Shown in pieces: positions 27,060-37,021 of a DNA stretch of 54,003 nucleotides. The notes below the pieces were generated by a model. That model was not told the DNA's origin. It made no database searches and saw nothing but the letters and a program-made list of their open reading frames with translations. Source of the DNA: an uncultured Desulfobacterales bacterium (lineage in GTDB: Bacteria > Desulfobacterota > DSM-4660 > Desulfatiglandales > HGW-15); NCBI GenBank assembly GCA_964454455.1, contig CAYVVQ010000004.1, positions 1 through 54,003 on the forward strand, in the 5' to 3' direction. The position numbers and the translations under genes were made by a program. Numbering within the stretch: position 1 is the stretch's first letter; each line of letters begins with the position of its first letter.

Positions 27060-28199
27060 ATGTCCCAGGGATTCAAGATCGAGGTCAAGGAAGGCGATGC
27101 CGGAGGCGCACTGCGGGATTTTCTGGGAGCGATTCTCGAGCGGGAGGAGATCCGCGCCGTCCTGACGCCCTTGCGGCTGCCGTACAAGGCAAACGTGATG
27201 CCCACGCTGGTGGCCGACGGGGAGCGGCTCAGCGAGGCGGACCCTCTTTCCCCCGCCTACCCCCTGAGCGGGGCCCGGCTCCTGAGCCGACTGACCCGCG
27301 AGGAGGCGGGCGGCCGGATCGCCGCGGTTCTCCGCCCGTGCGAGATTCGGGCCTTCATAGAGCTCGTCAAGCTCAAGCAGGCCTCCCGTGAGGGCCTGGT
27401 TCTCATCGGTCTGGACTGTGCCGGGGCCTTCTCGAACGACGTGTTCGCCCGGGCCGCGGCCGAAGACGAATCGGGGGACCTGACCCGGCGTTTTCTTCGA
27501 GCCGCCTTTGCCGGGGAAGAGAACCCGGCGGGGTACGAGCTCGCCGGGGCATGCCGCGCCTGCGAGCACCCCACGCCGGACGGCGCCGATGTGGCGGTCG
27601 GGCTCCACGGCGGGGACCCGGAGCGGGAGATCCGGGTCGAGGCCCGGACCGACGCCGGAAAGGCCTTGCTGGCCGACCTGGGGCTTCCGGAGTCCGCGGA
27701 ACCGGAAGGTCGATCCAGGGCCGTGAAGGAGAGGGTCGAGAGGGCGGTCCAGCGGCGGGAGGAGATGTTCGACCGGACCCGGCAGGCCACCGACAGCGTG
27801 AAAAAGCTCACGTCCTACCTCGCCTCCTGCGTAAACTGCTTCAACTGCCGCGTGGCCTGCCCGGTCTGCTACTGCCGGGAGTGCGTCTTCGGGACGGACG
27901 TCTTTGAGCACGAACCCCGGCAGTACTTGAACTGGGCCGACCGGAAGGGGGCCGTGAAAATGCCTACGGACACGGTGTTCTACCATCTCACGCGCATGGC
28001 CCACATGGCGGCCTCCTGCGTGGGCTGCGGCCAGTGCTCGAACGCCTGCCCGAACGACATCCCGGTCATGGAGCTGTTTCGCACCGTGGCCCACCGGGTG
28101 CAGCAGGGCTTCGACTACGAGCCCGGCCGCAGTGTGGAGGAACCCCTTCCCCTTGCGGTGTTCCGCGAGAACGAGTTGGCCGAGGTGGTGGGACGATGA
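27060..28199 (+). CDS. Fe-S protein with 2x[4Fe-4S] motifs (AsrA/HydB/FlxB-C-like or FrhB-like electron-transfer subunit)
   Basis: ATG at 27060. RPCEIRAFIEL, then CVNCFNCRVACPVCYCRECVF and CVGCGQCSNACPNDIP. The exact family is not resolved by eye. Confidence 0.6.
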   Translation: MSQGFKIEVKEGDAGGALRDFLGAILEREEIRAVLTPLRLPYKANVMPTLVADGERLSEADPLSPAYPLSGARLLSRLTREEAGGRIAAVLRPCEIRAFIELVKLKQASREGLVLIGLDCAGAFSNDVFARAAAEDESGDLTRRFLRAAFAGEENPAGYELAGACRACEHPTPDGADVAVGLHGGDPEREIRVEARTDAGKALLADLGLPESAEPEGRSRAVKERVERAVQRREEMFDRTRQATDSVKKLTSYLASCVNCFNCRVACPVCYCRECVFGTDVFEHEPRQYLNWADRKGAVKMPTDTVFYHLTRMAHMAASCVGCGQCSNACPNDIPVMELFRTVAHRVQQGFDYEPGRSVEEPLPLAVFRENELAEVVGR

Positions 28200-31100
28200 G
28201 ACGAAAGATCGGCAAGGCGCTCGTGGTGGGCGCGGGGATCGCCGGCATTCGATCCGCCCTGGATCTGGCCGAAACCGGTTACGGCGTGACACTGATCGAC
28301 CGCGCGCCCCACATCGGCGGCATCCTGTCGCAGCTCGACCGCCAGTTCCCGACGGACGCCTGCGGCATGTGCCGGATGCTTCCCATGGTGGAGCGGGACG
28401 CCGGCGGCCAGTACTGCCTGCGCAAGGGCCTGTTTCACGAAAACATCGACCTGAGGCTGGGAACCGAGCTGAAGGGCCTGGAGGGGGAGCCCGGAAGGTT
28501 CGAGGCCGTGCTGAGCACGCGCAGGGCCCGAATCGATCCGGACCGATGCCAGGGCTGCGGCGCGTGCGCCGAGGCCTGCCCCGTGGAGCTGCCCGATCCT
28601 TTCAACGAGGGCCTATCCAGGAGGAAGGCCGTCTATCTTCCCGTGCCCCACGCGGTGCCGAACCCGTTCGTCATCGATGCGGAGGCCTGCACCCTCTGCG
28701 GCGCCTGCGAGCAGGTCTGCCCCACCAACGCGATCACCCTCGGGGATCCCGGCCGGAAGGAGTTCCGCGTCCTCGTCGTGGACGACGAGCGGATCGTCCG
28801 GGACTCTCTCAAGGACTGGCTCGAGGACGTGGGGTTCGGGGTGGACACGGCGGGCTCGGGTCAAGAGGCCCTGGACCGGCTGGAGCAGGATTCCTTCGAC
28901 CTCCTGCTGGTGGACATCAAGATGCCCGGCATGGACGGTGTGGAGGTCCTGCGCCGCGCGCTCGAGAGCCGTGCCGATCTCACCGTGATCATGATCACGG
29001 CTTACGCCACGGTGGACACCGCGGTGGAGGCCATGAAGATCGGCGCCCTGGACTACCTGACCAAGCCGTTCGACCCGGAAAAGCTGGTCCCCATGGTGGA
29101 AAGCGTGTACCAGGACCGCCGCGGCCCCGGCAGGGAAACCCTGGAGGTGGGGGCGGTGGTGCTCGCCTGCGGCATGTCCACCCTGGACCTGACCGAAGGG
29201 TTCGGCTGGACCGGCTACCGGGAGATGGCCGACGTGGTGACCGGCCTCGAGCTCGAAAGGATCCTGAGCGGCACCGGTCCCACTGGAGGGTGCCTGACAA
29301 GGCCCTCCGACGGAGGGCCCGTAAAGCGGATCGCCTGGCTCCAGTGCGTGGGATCCCGAGACCGCCAAGCCGATGCCGGTTTCTGCTCCTCCATCTGCTG
29401 CATGATCTCCCTCAAGGAGGCGCGCCTGGTCCAGAAGCGCACCGGCGGCGAGGTGGAGACCCACATCTTCTACATGGACCTTCGCACTCCGGGGAAACGA
29501 TTCCAGCGTTACGGTGAGGAGGCGGAAGCCGAGGGCGTGCAGCTGCATCGGGTACGCGTCCACTCGGTGGTGCCGGAGGAGAAGACCGGGCGCCCGAAGA
29601 TCCAGTACGTCTCGGAGGAGGGTGCCCTGCGGGAGGAGACCTTCGACCTGGTGGTGCTTGCGGTGGGAGCCCGGCCCCCGGTCGGCACGGCCGAGCTGGC
29701 AGGCATGCTCGAGCTGGATCGCAATCCGTGGGGGTTCGTAAAGCCCAAGGGGTTTCACCCGGCCTTGTCCAGCCGCGAGGGCGTGCTCCTGAGCGGCGCC
29801 TTTGCGTCCCCTTGCGACATCGCCGACTCGGTCCTGCTGGCCGGCGGGGCCGCCCTGGAGGCCTCCCGCATCCTTCACGCCGCGGGGGGAGGCCTGGCGC
29901 CGGAAGATTCGGAGGAGAGCCCCTACCGGGATGTTTCGCGGGAGCGGTCCAGGACCCTGATCGCACTCTGCCGATGCGCCAGGGAGACCGTTCCCGACCT
30001 CGACCTCGAAGGTTTGGCCCGCGACCTGGAGGCCGATCCCGGCGTCGAGCAAGTGGAGATCGTCGAGAACCTGTGCACGGCCGCCGGCTGGGACGCCCTG
30101 GTGGAATCGGCCCGGAAGATACGACCCAACCGCGTCCTCCTGGGGGCGTGCCTTCCCTATGTGTACAACCGAAGGCTCGGCGAGCTGGGCGGGCGGATCG
30201 GTCTGGCCCCGGCCTACATGGACGTGGTGGATCTCCGGACCCCCTTCTTCTCCGTAAGGGAGCCCGAGGCGGCACGCCGCCTGGCGGGCTCGGAGATCCG
30301 CATGGCGCTGGCCCGGATCCGGCGGCCCGGTCCGCCGGCCCGGGCGGCCCGGCCCGTGGAGCGCAGGGCCCTCGTGGTGGGGGCTGGAATCGCGGGTCTC
30401 TATGCGGCGCTGGCCATCGCCGACCACGGTTACCCCGTGGAGATCGTGGAGCGCGAAACCGCACCGGGCGGAAACCTGACCTGGCTGCCCCGCACGCTCG
30501 AAGGCCGGGAGCCGGCCGGGCTCCTCGAGGGCATCCTGGCCGACGTGGAGAAGCACCCTCGGATTCAACTCCACACCTCGACGGAGGTGGTGGACTCCTC
30601 CGGGCGCGCGGGGCGGTTCCGGACCGTCCTTCGGAACGCCGAGGGGGTTCGCCGGACCGTGGACCACGGCGTGACCATCCTGGCCACGGGAGGGCGGGAA
30701 GCGGAGCCCGAGGGGTTCGGCCGGGGGGAGGACGAGAAGGTCCTCACCCAGAGGGAGCTGGAGAAGGCCCTGGCCGGGGGAGACCTGGACCCGGCCGGAC
30801 TGGAGTCCGTGGTAATGATCCAGTGCGCGGGAACCCGGAGCGGTTCCCGGAACTACTGCAGCCGGGTCTGCTGCCCCGCGGCCGTCCGGCAGGCGCTTCT
30901 CCTCAAGGAGAGGAACCCGGAGGTTTCGGTCTGGATTCTTTACCGCGACATGATGACGCCCGGGTTCCTGGAGGCCGACTACGAACGGGCCAGGGAGGCC
31001 GGGGTGCACTTCATCCAGTACACGACCGAGAGGAGACCGGTGGTGGAGCCGGGGGAGAAAAAGGCGGCGGTCACGGCTCGGGAGCCGGTGCTCGGCCGGG

Positions 31101-31657
31101 ATGTTCGGATCCCGGCCGATCTCGTGGTCCTGGCGGGCGGCGTGACGCCCGACCTGCCTGCAGAGCTCGCGGGCGCCTTCGGTGCCGGACTGGACGAGGA
31201 CGGATTTTTCCAGGAGGCCGACGGAAAGTGGCGCCCGGTGGATGCCATGCGCGAGGGGGTGTTCGCCTGCGGCCTGGCCGGTTCCCCCCGGACCGTGGCC
31301 GAGTCCCTGGCGTCGGCCGGGGCCGCCGCGGAGCGGGCCCTCCGAATTCTCACGAGGGAAGCCGTTCCCGTAGACCTCCGGGTGGCCCGCATTCGCCACG
31401 CTCTCTGCTCGCGCTGCGAGCAGTGCCTGGACGCCTGCCCTTACGGGGCTCGGTACGTGGACCCCGAAAAGGGCCTCGTGGTCGTGGACGAGACGGCGTG
31501 CCAGGGCTGCGGCAGCTGTGCGGCCGTCTGTCCGAACAGCGCCACCGTTCTCGAGGGGCTGGACGACCCCCGTATGCTCGAGTCCATCGACGCGGCCCTG
31601 GAGACGGGGTGGAGGGAACCGAGGCTTTCGGAGGAACGGCTGGACAGCGGACGCTGA
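28196..31657 (+). CDS. hdrA: Tandem HdrA-like flavoprotein (two HdrA modules) with an embedded CheY-type receiver domain (1153 aa)
   Basis: ATG at 28196 overlaps the upstream stop (ATGA). Module 1: VVGAGIAGIRSALDLAETG, CQGCGACAEACP, CTLCGACEQVCP, REC insert, CVGSRD...CSSICC. Module 2: degenerate HdrA N-domain (LCRCARE...LLGACLP), VVGAGIAGLYAALAIADHG, QCAGTR...YCSRVCC, and C-terminal CSRCEQCLDACP/CQGCGSCAAVCP. Confidence 0.85.
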   Translation: MRRKIGKALVVGAGIAGIRSALDLAETGYGVTLIDRAPHIGGILSQLDRQFPTDACGMCRMLPMVERDAGGQYCLRKGLFHENIDLRLGTELKGLEGEPGRFEAVLSTRRARIDPDRCQGCGACAEACPVELPDPFNEGLSRRKAVYLPVPHAVPNPFVIDAEACTLCGACEQVCPTNAITLGDPGRKEFRVLVVDDERIVRDSLKDWLEDVGFGVDTAGSGQEALDRLEQDSFDLLLVDIKMPGMDGVEVLRRALESRADLTVIMITAYATVDTAVEAMKIGALDYLTKPFDPEKLVPMVESVYQDRRGPGRETLEVGAVVLACGMSTLDLTEGFGWTGYREMADVVTGLELERILSGTGPTGGCLTRPSDGGPVKRIAWLQCVGSRDRQADAGFCSSICCMISLKEARLVQKRTGGEVETHIFYMDLRTPGKRFQRYGEEAEAEGVQLHRVRVHSVVPEEKTGRPKIQYVSEEGALREETFDLVVLAVGARPPVGTAELAGMLELDRNPWGFVKPKGFHPALSSREGVLLSGAFASPCDIADSVLLAGGAALEASRILHAAGGGLAPEDSEESPYRDVSRERSRTLIALCRCARETVPDLDLEGLARDLEADPGVEQVEIVENLCTAAGWDALVESARKIRPNRVLLGACLPYVYNRRLGELGGRIGLAPAYMDVVDLRTPFFSVREPEAARRLAGSEIRMALARIRRPGPPARAARPVERRALVVGAGIAGLYAALAIADHGYPVEIVERETAPGGNLTWLPRTLEGREPAGLLEGILADVEKHPRIQLHTSTEVVDSSGRAGRFRTVLRNAEGVRRTVDHGVTILATGGREAEPEGFGRGEDEKVLTQRELEKALAGGDLDPAGLESVVMIQCAGTRSGSRNYCSRVCCPAAVRQALLLKERNPEVSVWILYRDMMTPGFLEADYERAREAGVHFIQYTTERRPVVEPGEKKAAVTAREPVLGRDVRIPADLVVLAGGVTPDLPAELAGAFGAGLDEDGFFQEADGKWRPVDAMREGVFACGLAGSPRTVAESLASAGAAAERALRILTREAVPVDLRVARIRHALCSRCEQCLDACPYGARYVDPEKGLVVVDETACQGCGSCAAVCPNSATVLEGLDDPRMLESIDAALETGWREPRLSEERLDSGR
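28760..29113 (+). other. Receiver (REC) domain embedded in the tandem HdrA (domain coordinates)
   Basis: EFRVLVVDDERIVRDSL...FDLLLVDIKMPGMDGVEVL...LTVIMITAYATVDTAVEAMKIGALDYLTKPFDPEKL. The acceptor Asp codon is at 28913-28915. Confidence 0.85.
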
Positions 31658-31677
31658 TCATGCCGTGAGGAGGCGTC

Positions 31678-32256
31678 ATGAAGGAGATCCAGAGGAAGGA
31701 CCCACCCGCTTCGAGCGATGCGGAGCAGGCGGACATCCTGGCCGCGGTGAGGAAACTGATTCAGCCCTGCATCCAGTGCGGGACGTGCACGGGCTCGTGT
31801 CCCAACGCGTTCGCCATGGACCTCACGCCCCGCGTGCTTTGGCGGCTGGTGCTGCGGGGGGAGGTGGACGAGATCTTCCACAGCCGGACCTTCACCCTGT
31901 GCTCCTCCTGCTACGCCTGCACGTTGCGGTGTCCGCGTCAGCTCCAGGTGACCGAAGCCATGGCCGGGCTCAAGCAGGAGGCCGCGAGGCGCCGGCCCGA
32001 GCTGCATCGCCCCAGCACGGCGTTCAGCAGGACCTTCATGGACAGCGTCCGCCGGCACGGCCGGGTCAACGAGATGGAGTTCATGTTTTTCTACTTCGCC
32101 GCCCGGAAGAACCCGCTCCTTCCCTTTCGATTCTCCCCCATGGGCATGAGGCTGATGCGAAGGGGCAAGGTGAAGATGTCCCTGCCCGGCTCGGGCGGAA
32201 ACGACGTTCTGGATTCCCTGTTTCGAACCGTGGAGCGACTGGAGAGCACCCCATGA
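31678..32256 (+). CDS. hdrC: HdrC-like 2x[4Fe-4S] subunit
   Basis: CIQCGTCTGSCP and CSSCYACTLRCP motifs. 192 aa, GAGGAGG RBS, overlaps hdrB (ATGA). Confidence 0.8.
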   Translation: MKEIQRKDPPASSDAEQADILAAVRKLIQPCIQCGTCTGSCPNAFAMDLTPRVLWRLVLRGEVDEIFHSRTFTLCSSCYACTLRCPRQLQVTEAMAGLKQEAARRRPELHRPSTAFSRTFMDSVRRHGRVNEMEFMFFYFAARKNPLLPFRFSPMGMRLMRRGKVKMSLPGSGGNDVLDSLFRTVERLESTP

Positions 32257-33119
32257 GGTACTTCTACTACCCGGGATGCTCCCTGGAGGGAACCGCCAGG
32301 GAGTACGACCTGAGCACCCGTGCGTTTCTCCGCGCGGCCGGGGTGGACCTGGTGGATCTGCCCGACTGGACCTGCTGCGGGGCCACCGCGGCCCAGGGGA
32401 TGAGCCGGCTGCTCGCGCTGGCGCTCCCGGCCCGGAATCTGGCCCTGGCCGAGAGGACCGGCGAGAACCTGGACATCCTGGTCCCCTGCAGCGCCTGCTA
32501 CCTGAACCTGAGAAGGGCCGAGGAGAGGATCCGCTCGGGCGGGGAGGCGAAGCGCGAGATCAACGCGGCCCTGTCCGAGACCGGGCTCCAGTGCAGCGGG
32601 GAGGTCCGCGTGCGCCACCTCCTCGACGTCCTCTCCCGGGACCTGGATGCGGCATCGCTGGCCGAGCGCGTGACGCGTCCCCTCGAGGGGATGCGCATCG
32701 CCCCCTACTACGGCTGCCAGTGCCTGCGGCCGTATGCGGATTTCGACGACCCGGAGGAGCCCCGAACCATGGAACCGCTCATCCGGGCCGCCGGGGCTGA
32801 GGTGTTCCCCTGGACCGCCGGGGCCCGCTGCTGCGGGGCTTCCCACATGACCACCAAGCCGGAGATCGGGATCGAGCTCGTGGCGGGTCTCCTCGACGCG
32901 GCGCGGGGGGCGGATGCGATCGTGACCGTGTGCCCCATGTGCCAGATGAACCTCGAGGCCTATCAGCGCAAGGCCTCGCGCGCCCGGGGGGCCGACCTGA
33001 GTGCGACCGTTCTCTATCTTCCCCAGCTCCTCGGCCTGGCGCTGGGCCTTTCGAGAGACGAGGTCCGCCTCGATCTCAACCTCGCCGTCGGAGAAGCGTT
33101 CAAGAAGACGGCCGCCTGA
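32253..33119 (+). CDS. hdrB: HdrB-like subunit with two CCG domains
   Basis: ATG at 32253. YYPGCSL...DWTCCGA...VPCSACY and YYGCQC...ARCCGAS...VCPMCQ. Confidence 0.85.
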   Translation: MRYFYYPGCSLEGTAREYDLSTRAFLRAAGVDLVDLPDWTCCGATAAQGMSRLLALALPARNLALAERTGENLDILVPCSACYLNLRRAEERIRSGGEAKREINAALSETGLQCSGEVRVRHLLDVLSRDLDAASLAERVTRPLEGMRIAPYYGCQCLRPYADFDDPEEPRTMEPLIRAAGAEVFPWTAGARCCGASHMTTKPEIGIELVAGLLDAARGADAIVTVCPMCQMNLEAYQRKASRARGADLSATVLYLPQLLGLALGLSRDEVRLDLNLAVGEAFKKTAA

Positions 33120-33144
33120 CTCTTTCACCTGGAAAGGACCGCCG

Positions 33145-35448
33145 GTGTTCTCCTGGATCAAGAGCCTTCGGCAGAGGCTGGTGACCAAGCTGATCCTGAC
33201 CGTGGGGTTGACCCTGCTGGTCAGCATCTCGGCGTGGTCGTACGCCATCATCCGATACCAGGAGGACCAGACCATGAAGAACCTCTCCCTGGAGGCGGAC
33301 CGGCTGAGCACCACCATCAAGCTGGGGACCCACTACGCCATGATGCTGAACTCCAGGGAGGACATCGCCGAGACCATCAAGAACATCAGCCGACAGCCGG
33401 AGATCAAGGCGATCCGGATCTACAACAAGTCGGGCCAGATCACTTACTCGGACGATCCGGAAGAGATCGGCCGGATCACGAACATCAAGGACGAGGCCTG
33501 CTACGTGTGCCATCGCAGCGACCCGCCGCTGGTCAAGCTGGACCTGTCCGAAAGGACCAGGATCTACAGGGACGAGAACGACACCCGCCTCCTCGGCATC
33601 CTGAGCGCCATCTACAACGAGCCCGGGTGCTCCACGGAGTGCCACGTCCACCCCGAGGGGAAGGAGGTGCTGGGGGCTCTGGACGTGGTGCTCACACTGG
33701 CCCCCGCGGAGAAGAAGATCACCGCCTACAAGCAGTGGGCTACGGCCATGACCGTGCTTGTCCTTCTGGTTACGGCCGTGGCGGTGCTCCTGTTCATCAT
33801 GCACTTCGTCAATCTTCCCGTGAGCCGCATGATTGCGGCCACCCGGCGGATCGCGAGGGGGGAGAGCGATGTGGGCGTGGAGCTCCGCCAGGAGGACGAG
33901 ATGGGGCAGCTGGCGGATGCCATCACCTACATGGGAGGTGAGATCGAGCGGAAACAGGCGGCCCTGACCAAGCAGCGCAAGGAGTATCAGCGGTTGTTCG
34001 AGCTCGTCCCCTGCATCATCACGGTGCAGGACAGAAACTACAGGCTCATCAACTACAACCGGGAGTTCGCCGAGAAGTTCGCCCCGACCCCCATGGACAC
34101 CTGCTACCACGCCTACAAGGGCCGAACGACCAAGTGCGAGCCTTGCCCCGTGGAGAGGACCTTCGAGGACGGCGAGGTGCACCAGAGCGAGGAGTCCGGA
34201 CGGAATTGGGACGGCACCATGAGCCACTGGATCGTGATCGCTTCCCCGGTCTGGAACGAGAAGGGCGAGATCCAGTCGGCCATGGAGATCAGTCTGGACA
34301 TCACGGAACGGAGGCTTCTGGAGCAGGAGCTGATAAAGTCCGAGCAGAAGTATCACGCCATCTTCAACAACATTCCCAACGCCGTCTTCGTCCTGGATCC
34401 GGACACCCTGGACGTCCTGGACTGCAACGACAGCGTGACCCATGTGTACGGCTACGAGAAAGGCGAGATCCTGAACCGGTCATTCCTGGAGCTTCACGAG
34501 GGGGAGGAGCATGAGCAGTTCGAAAGGATGCTCGGGGCTTACAATGTCCTCAACCGGGTGAGGCACAAGCACAAGGCGGGACGGAGGATCTACGTGAACA
34601 TCCGCGTCTCCCCCTCCGAGTACAACGGTCAGAATGTGCTCCTGGTCACCACGAGCGACATCACCAAGAGGCTGGAGACCGAGGAGCAGCTGGCCCAGGC
34701 GAGCAAGCTGGCCACCCTGGGAGAGATGGCCACGGGCGTGGCCCACGAGCTCAACCAGCCGCTTTCCGTGATCAAGACCGTATCGAGCTTCTTCATGAAA
34801 AAGCTCCATGCAGGACAGGAAATACCGGCCGAGACCCTCTACCCGATGCTCGGCAAGGTGGACACCAACGTGGACCGGGCCACCAAGATCATCACCCACA
34901 TGCGCCTTTTCGCCCGCAAGTCCGAGGTGCAGCTGGTCCGTGTGCGTGTCGAGGAGGTGCTGGATCGGGCCTTCGACATTTTCACCCAGCAGCTCAGGGC
35001 ACGGGGGATCGAGGTGGTCCGGGAGTTCAGTGGGAGACTTCCCCCCATCATGGCGGATCCGGACCGTCTCGAGCAGGTCTTCATCAATCTCCTGATCAAC
35101 GCGCGGGACGCCATTGAAGAGCGGTGGGAGGGCGCCGAGTGCGAGCCCGGGGACAAGCGGATCACCGTGAGGACGAGGGCCGAGGCCGACGCCGTGGTCG
35201 TGGAGATTCAGGACACGGGATCGGGGATCGATGAGGCCCACAAGGAAAAGATATTCGACCCTTTCTTTACCACCAAGGAGGTGGGCAAAGGGACCGGGCT
35301 GGGGCTGTCCATCAGCTACGGGATCGTCAAGGACTGCGAGGGAGAGATCTGCGTGGTCCAGACCGAGGGTCCGGGCGCGTGCTTCACCGTCCGGTTCCCC
35401 GTGAAGGATGAGGAGAATGAATCAACAGACCGTCCTCCTGGTGGATGA
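33145..35448 (+). CDS. Sensor histidine kinase (TM - extracytoplasmic CXXCH domain - TM - HAMP - PAS - PAS - HisKA - HATPase)
   Basis: GTG at 33145 with GGAAAGGA upstream. TM helices at about aa 14-36 and 200-222, CYVCH and CSTECH between them, H-box [17 protein letters not shown]-box [11 protein letters not shown]. Confidence 0.85.
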   Translation: MFSWIKSLRQRLVTKLILTVGLTLLVSISAWSYAIIRYQEDQTMKNLSLEADRLSTTIKLGTHYAMMLNSREDIAETIKNISRQPEIKAIRIYNKSGQITYSDDPEEIGRITNIKDEACYVCHRSDPPLVKLDLSERTRIYRDENDTRLLGILSAIYNEPGCSTECHVHPEGKEVLGALDVVLTLAPAEKKITAYKQWATAMTVLVLLVTAVAVLLFIMHFVNLPVSRMIAATRRIARGESDVGVELRQEDEMGQLADAITYMGGEIERKQAALTKQRKEYQRLFELVPCIITVQDRNYRLINYNREFAEKFAPTPMDTCYHAYKGRTTKCEPCPVERTFEDGEVHQSEESGRNWDGTMSHWIVIASPVWNEKGEIQSAMEISLDITERRLLEQELIKSEQKYHAIFNNIPNAVFVLDPDTLDVLDCNDSVTHVYGYEKGEILNRSFLELHEGEEHEQFERMLGAYNVLNRVRHKHKAGRRIYVNIRVSPSEYNGQNVLLVTTSDITKRLETEEQLAQASKLATLGEMATGVAHELNQPLSVIKTVSSFFMKKLHAGQEIPAETLYPMLGKVDTNVDRATKIITHMRLFARKSEVQLVRVRVEEVLDRAFDIFTQQLRARGIEVVREFSGRLPPIMADPDRLEQVFINLLINARDAIEERWEGAECEPGDKRITVRTRAEADAVVVEIQDTGSGIDEAHKEKIFDPFFTTKEVGKGTGLGLSISYGIVKDCEGEICVVQTEGPGACFTVRFPVKDEENESTDRPPGG

Positions 35449-36997
35449 CGAGGAAGACATCCGCCTCGTGCTGGGAATCGCCCTCGCCGACATGGGATAC
35501 AACGTCATCTCGGCCGAAAACGGCAAGGAGGGGCTTCGCCTGTTTCGCGAGAAGCACCCGCCCATCGTGATCACCGACATCAAGATGCCCGACATCGACG
35601 GGGTGGACCTGCTCAGGATGATCAAGGGGGAGGATCCCGACACGGAGGTCGTCATGATCACCGGGCACGGGGACATGGACGTGGCCATTCAGAGCTTTCA
35701 GCAGGAGGCCACGGACTTCATCACCAAGCCCATCAACGTGGAGAACCTGGAGAGCTCGCTTCACCGGGTGCAGGAGCGGATCCTCGCCCGGGAGAAGCTG
35801 CGGGAGTACACCCACTCGCTGGAGAGCATGGTTCACCGGAAGTCGGAGGAGCTGGCCAGCCTGGAAAAGGCCCACCAGGGAGGGGACGGTGGGTTTCCGG
35901 CGGGGGACGTCGTCCGGCGTTTCCAACGGCTCTTCGACGACCTTCCCTGCCACGTGGTGGTGATGGACGAGGAGCTGGCGCTCACCACCGTCAATCGAAA
36001 GTTCCGCCGGGACTTCGGTGACCGCGAGGGAGAGTTGTGCTATGATGTGCTGAAAAACGCAACATCCCCTTGCACGGACTGCGTGGTTCAGGCGACCTTC
36101 ACCACGGGAGAGAGCCAGGAGGGAGAGGAGGAGATCACCACGCCGGACGGGGTGGCGCACCAGGTCCTGGTGTGGACGTCGCCGGTGCGCACGGCCGGGG
36201 ATGCCCCGACCCACGTGCTCACGCTCTACACCGACATGGCCCAGCTCCAGAAGGTCCAGGACCACCTGAGCTCGCTGGGGCTCATGGTGGGATCCATCTC
36301 CCACAGCATCAAGGGGATGCTCACAGGCCTGGACGGGGGCATGTACATGCTCGATTCGGGTCTGCGGAAGCAAGACGACGCCCAGGTCCACGAAGGTCTT
36401 TCCGTGGTCAAGGAGATGGTGGGGCGAATCCGGAACATGGTGCTGGACGTCCTGCTCTTCTCCAAGGAGCGGGACCTCAAGAAGGAAGAGTCGGAGGTGG
36501 TAGCGTTCGCTGCGGAGGCGGCCAAGGGGATTCGTCCCCTGGTGGAGGAGCATGGCATTGCCTTCAGCCTGGAGTGCCCCGAGGATGCGGGCGTGTTCGA
36601 GGTGGACGCGGGGCTTCTCCGCACGGCTTTCGTGAACGTGCTCGAGAACGCGGTGGACGCGTGTCTCGAGGACAAGGGGAAGGAGGACCACCGGGTTGCG
36701 TTTCGTGTTCGCGGGGAGGAGGACGAAGTCGTCTTCGAGGTGGAGGACGACGGCGTGGGCATGGACGAAGAGACCCGAAAGAAGGTGGCCACCCTGTTCT
36801 TCTCTTCGAAGGACCGCAAGGGAACCGGTCTGGGGCTCTACATCACGGAGCGGACCGTGAGGCAGCACGGCGGCGACATCGCCGTGGACTCCGAACCGGG
36901 CCGGGGGACGGTGTTCACCATTCGGATTCCACGGAAGGCCGATACGGGCAGTCAGGTCTCTCCCGGCGCCGTCGGCGGTCGGGGGGAGGAACCCTGA
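35408..36997 (+). CDS. Hybrid sensor kinase (REC-PAS-DHp-HATPase)
   Basis: [12 protein letters not shown]...IVITDIKMPDIDG...FITKP, then a PAS-like domain with a Cys triad, SLGLMVGSISHSIKG (H-box-like) and GTGLGLYI. It overlaps the upstream kinase gene by 41 nt; ATG at 35417 is an alternative start. Confidence 0.8.
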   Translation: MRRMNQQTVLLVDDEEDIRLVLGIALADMGYNVISAENGKEGLRLFREKHPPIVITDIKMPDIDGVDLLRMIKGEDPDTEVVMITGHGDMDVAIQSFQQEATDFITKPINVENLESSLHRVQERILAREKLREYTHSLESMVHRKSEELASLEKAHQGGDGGFPAGDVVRRFQRLFDDLPCHVVVMDEELALTTVNRKFRRDFGDREGELCYDVLKNATSPCTDCVVQATFTTGESQEGEEEITTPDGVAHQVLVWTSPVRTAGDAPTHVLTLYTDMAQLQKVQDHLSSLGLMVGSISHSIKGMLTGLDGGMYMLDSGLRKQDDAQVHEGLSVVKEMVGRIRNMVLDVLLFSKERDLKKEESEVVAFAAEAAKGIRPLVEEHGIAFSLECPEDAGVFEVDAGLLRTAFVNVLENAVDACLEDKGKEDHRVAFRVRGEEDEVVFEVEDDGVGMDEETRKKVATLFFSSKDRKGTGLGLYITERTVRQHGGDIAVDSEPGRGTVFTIRIPRKADTGSQVSPGAVGGRGEEP

Positions 36998-37021
36998 ACC
37001 GGAGCAAAAAGGAGGTGCGCT

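Noticed and set aside
23121-31657. Selenocysteine recoding or frameshifts in the hdrA/mvhD genes, as seen in some anaerobes.
   Set aside because: All these ORFs are continuous with Cys at the expected motif positions. No in-frame TGA is needed.
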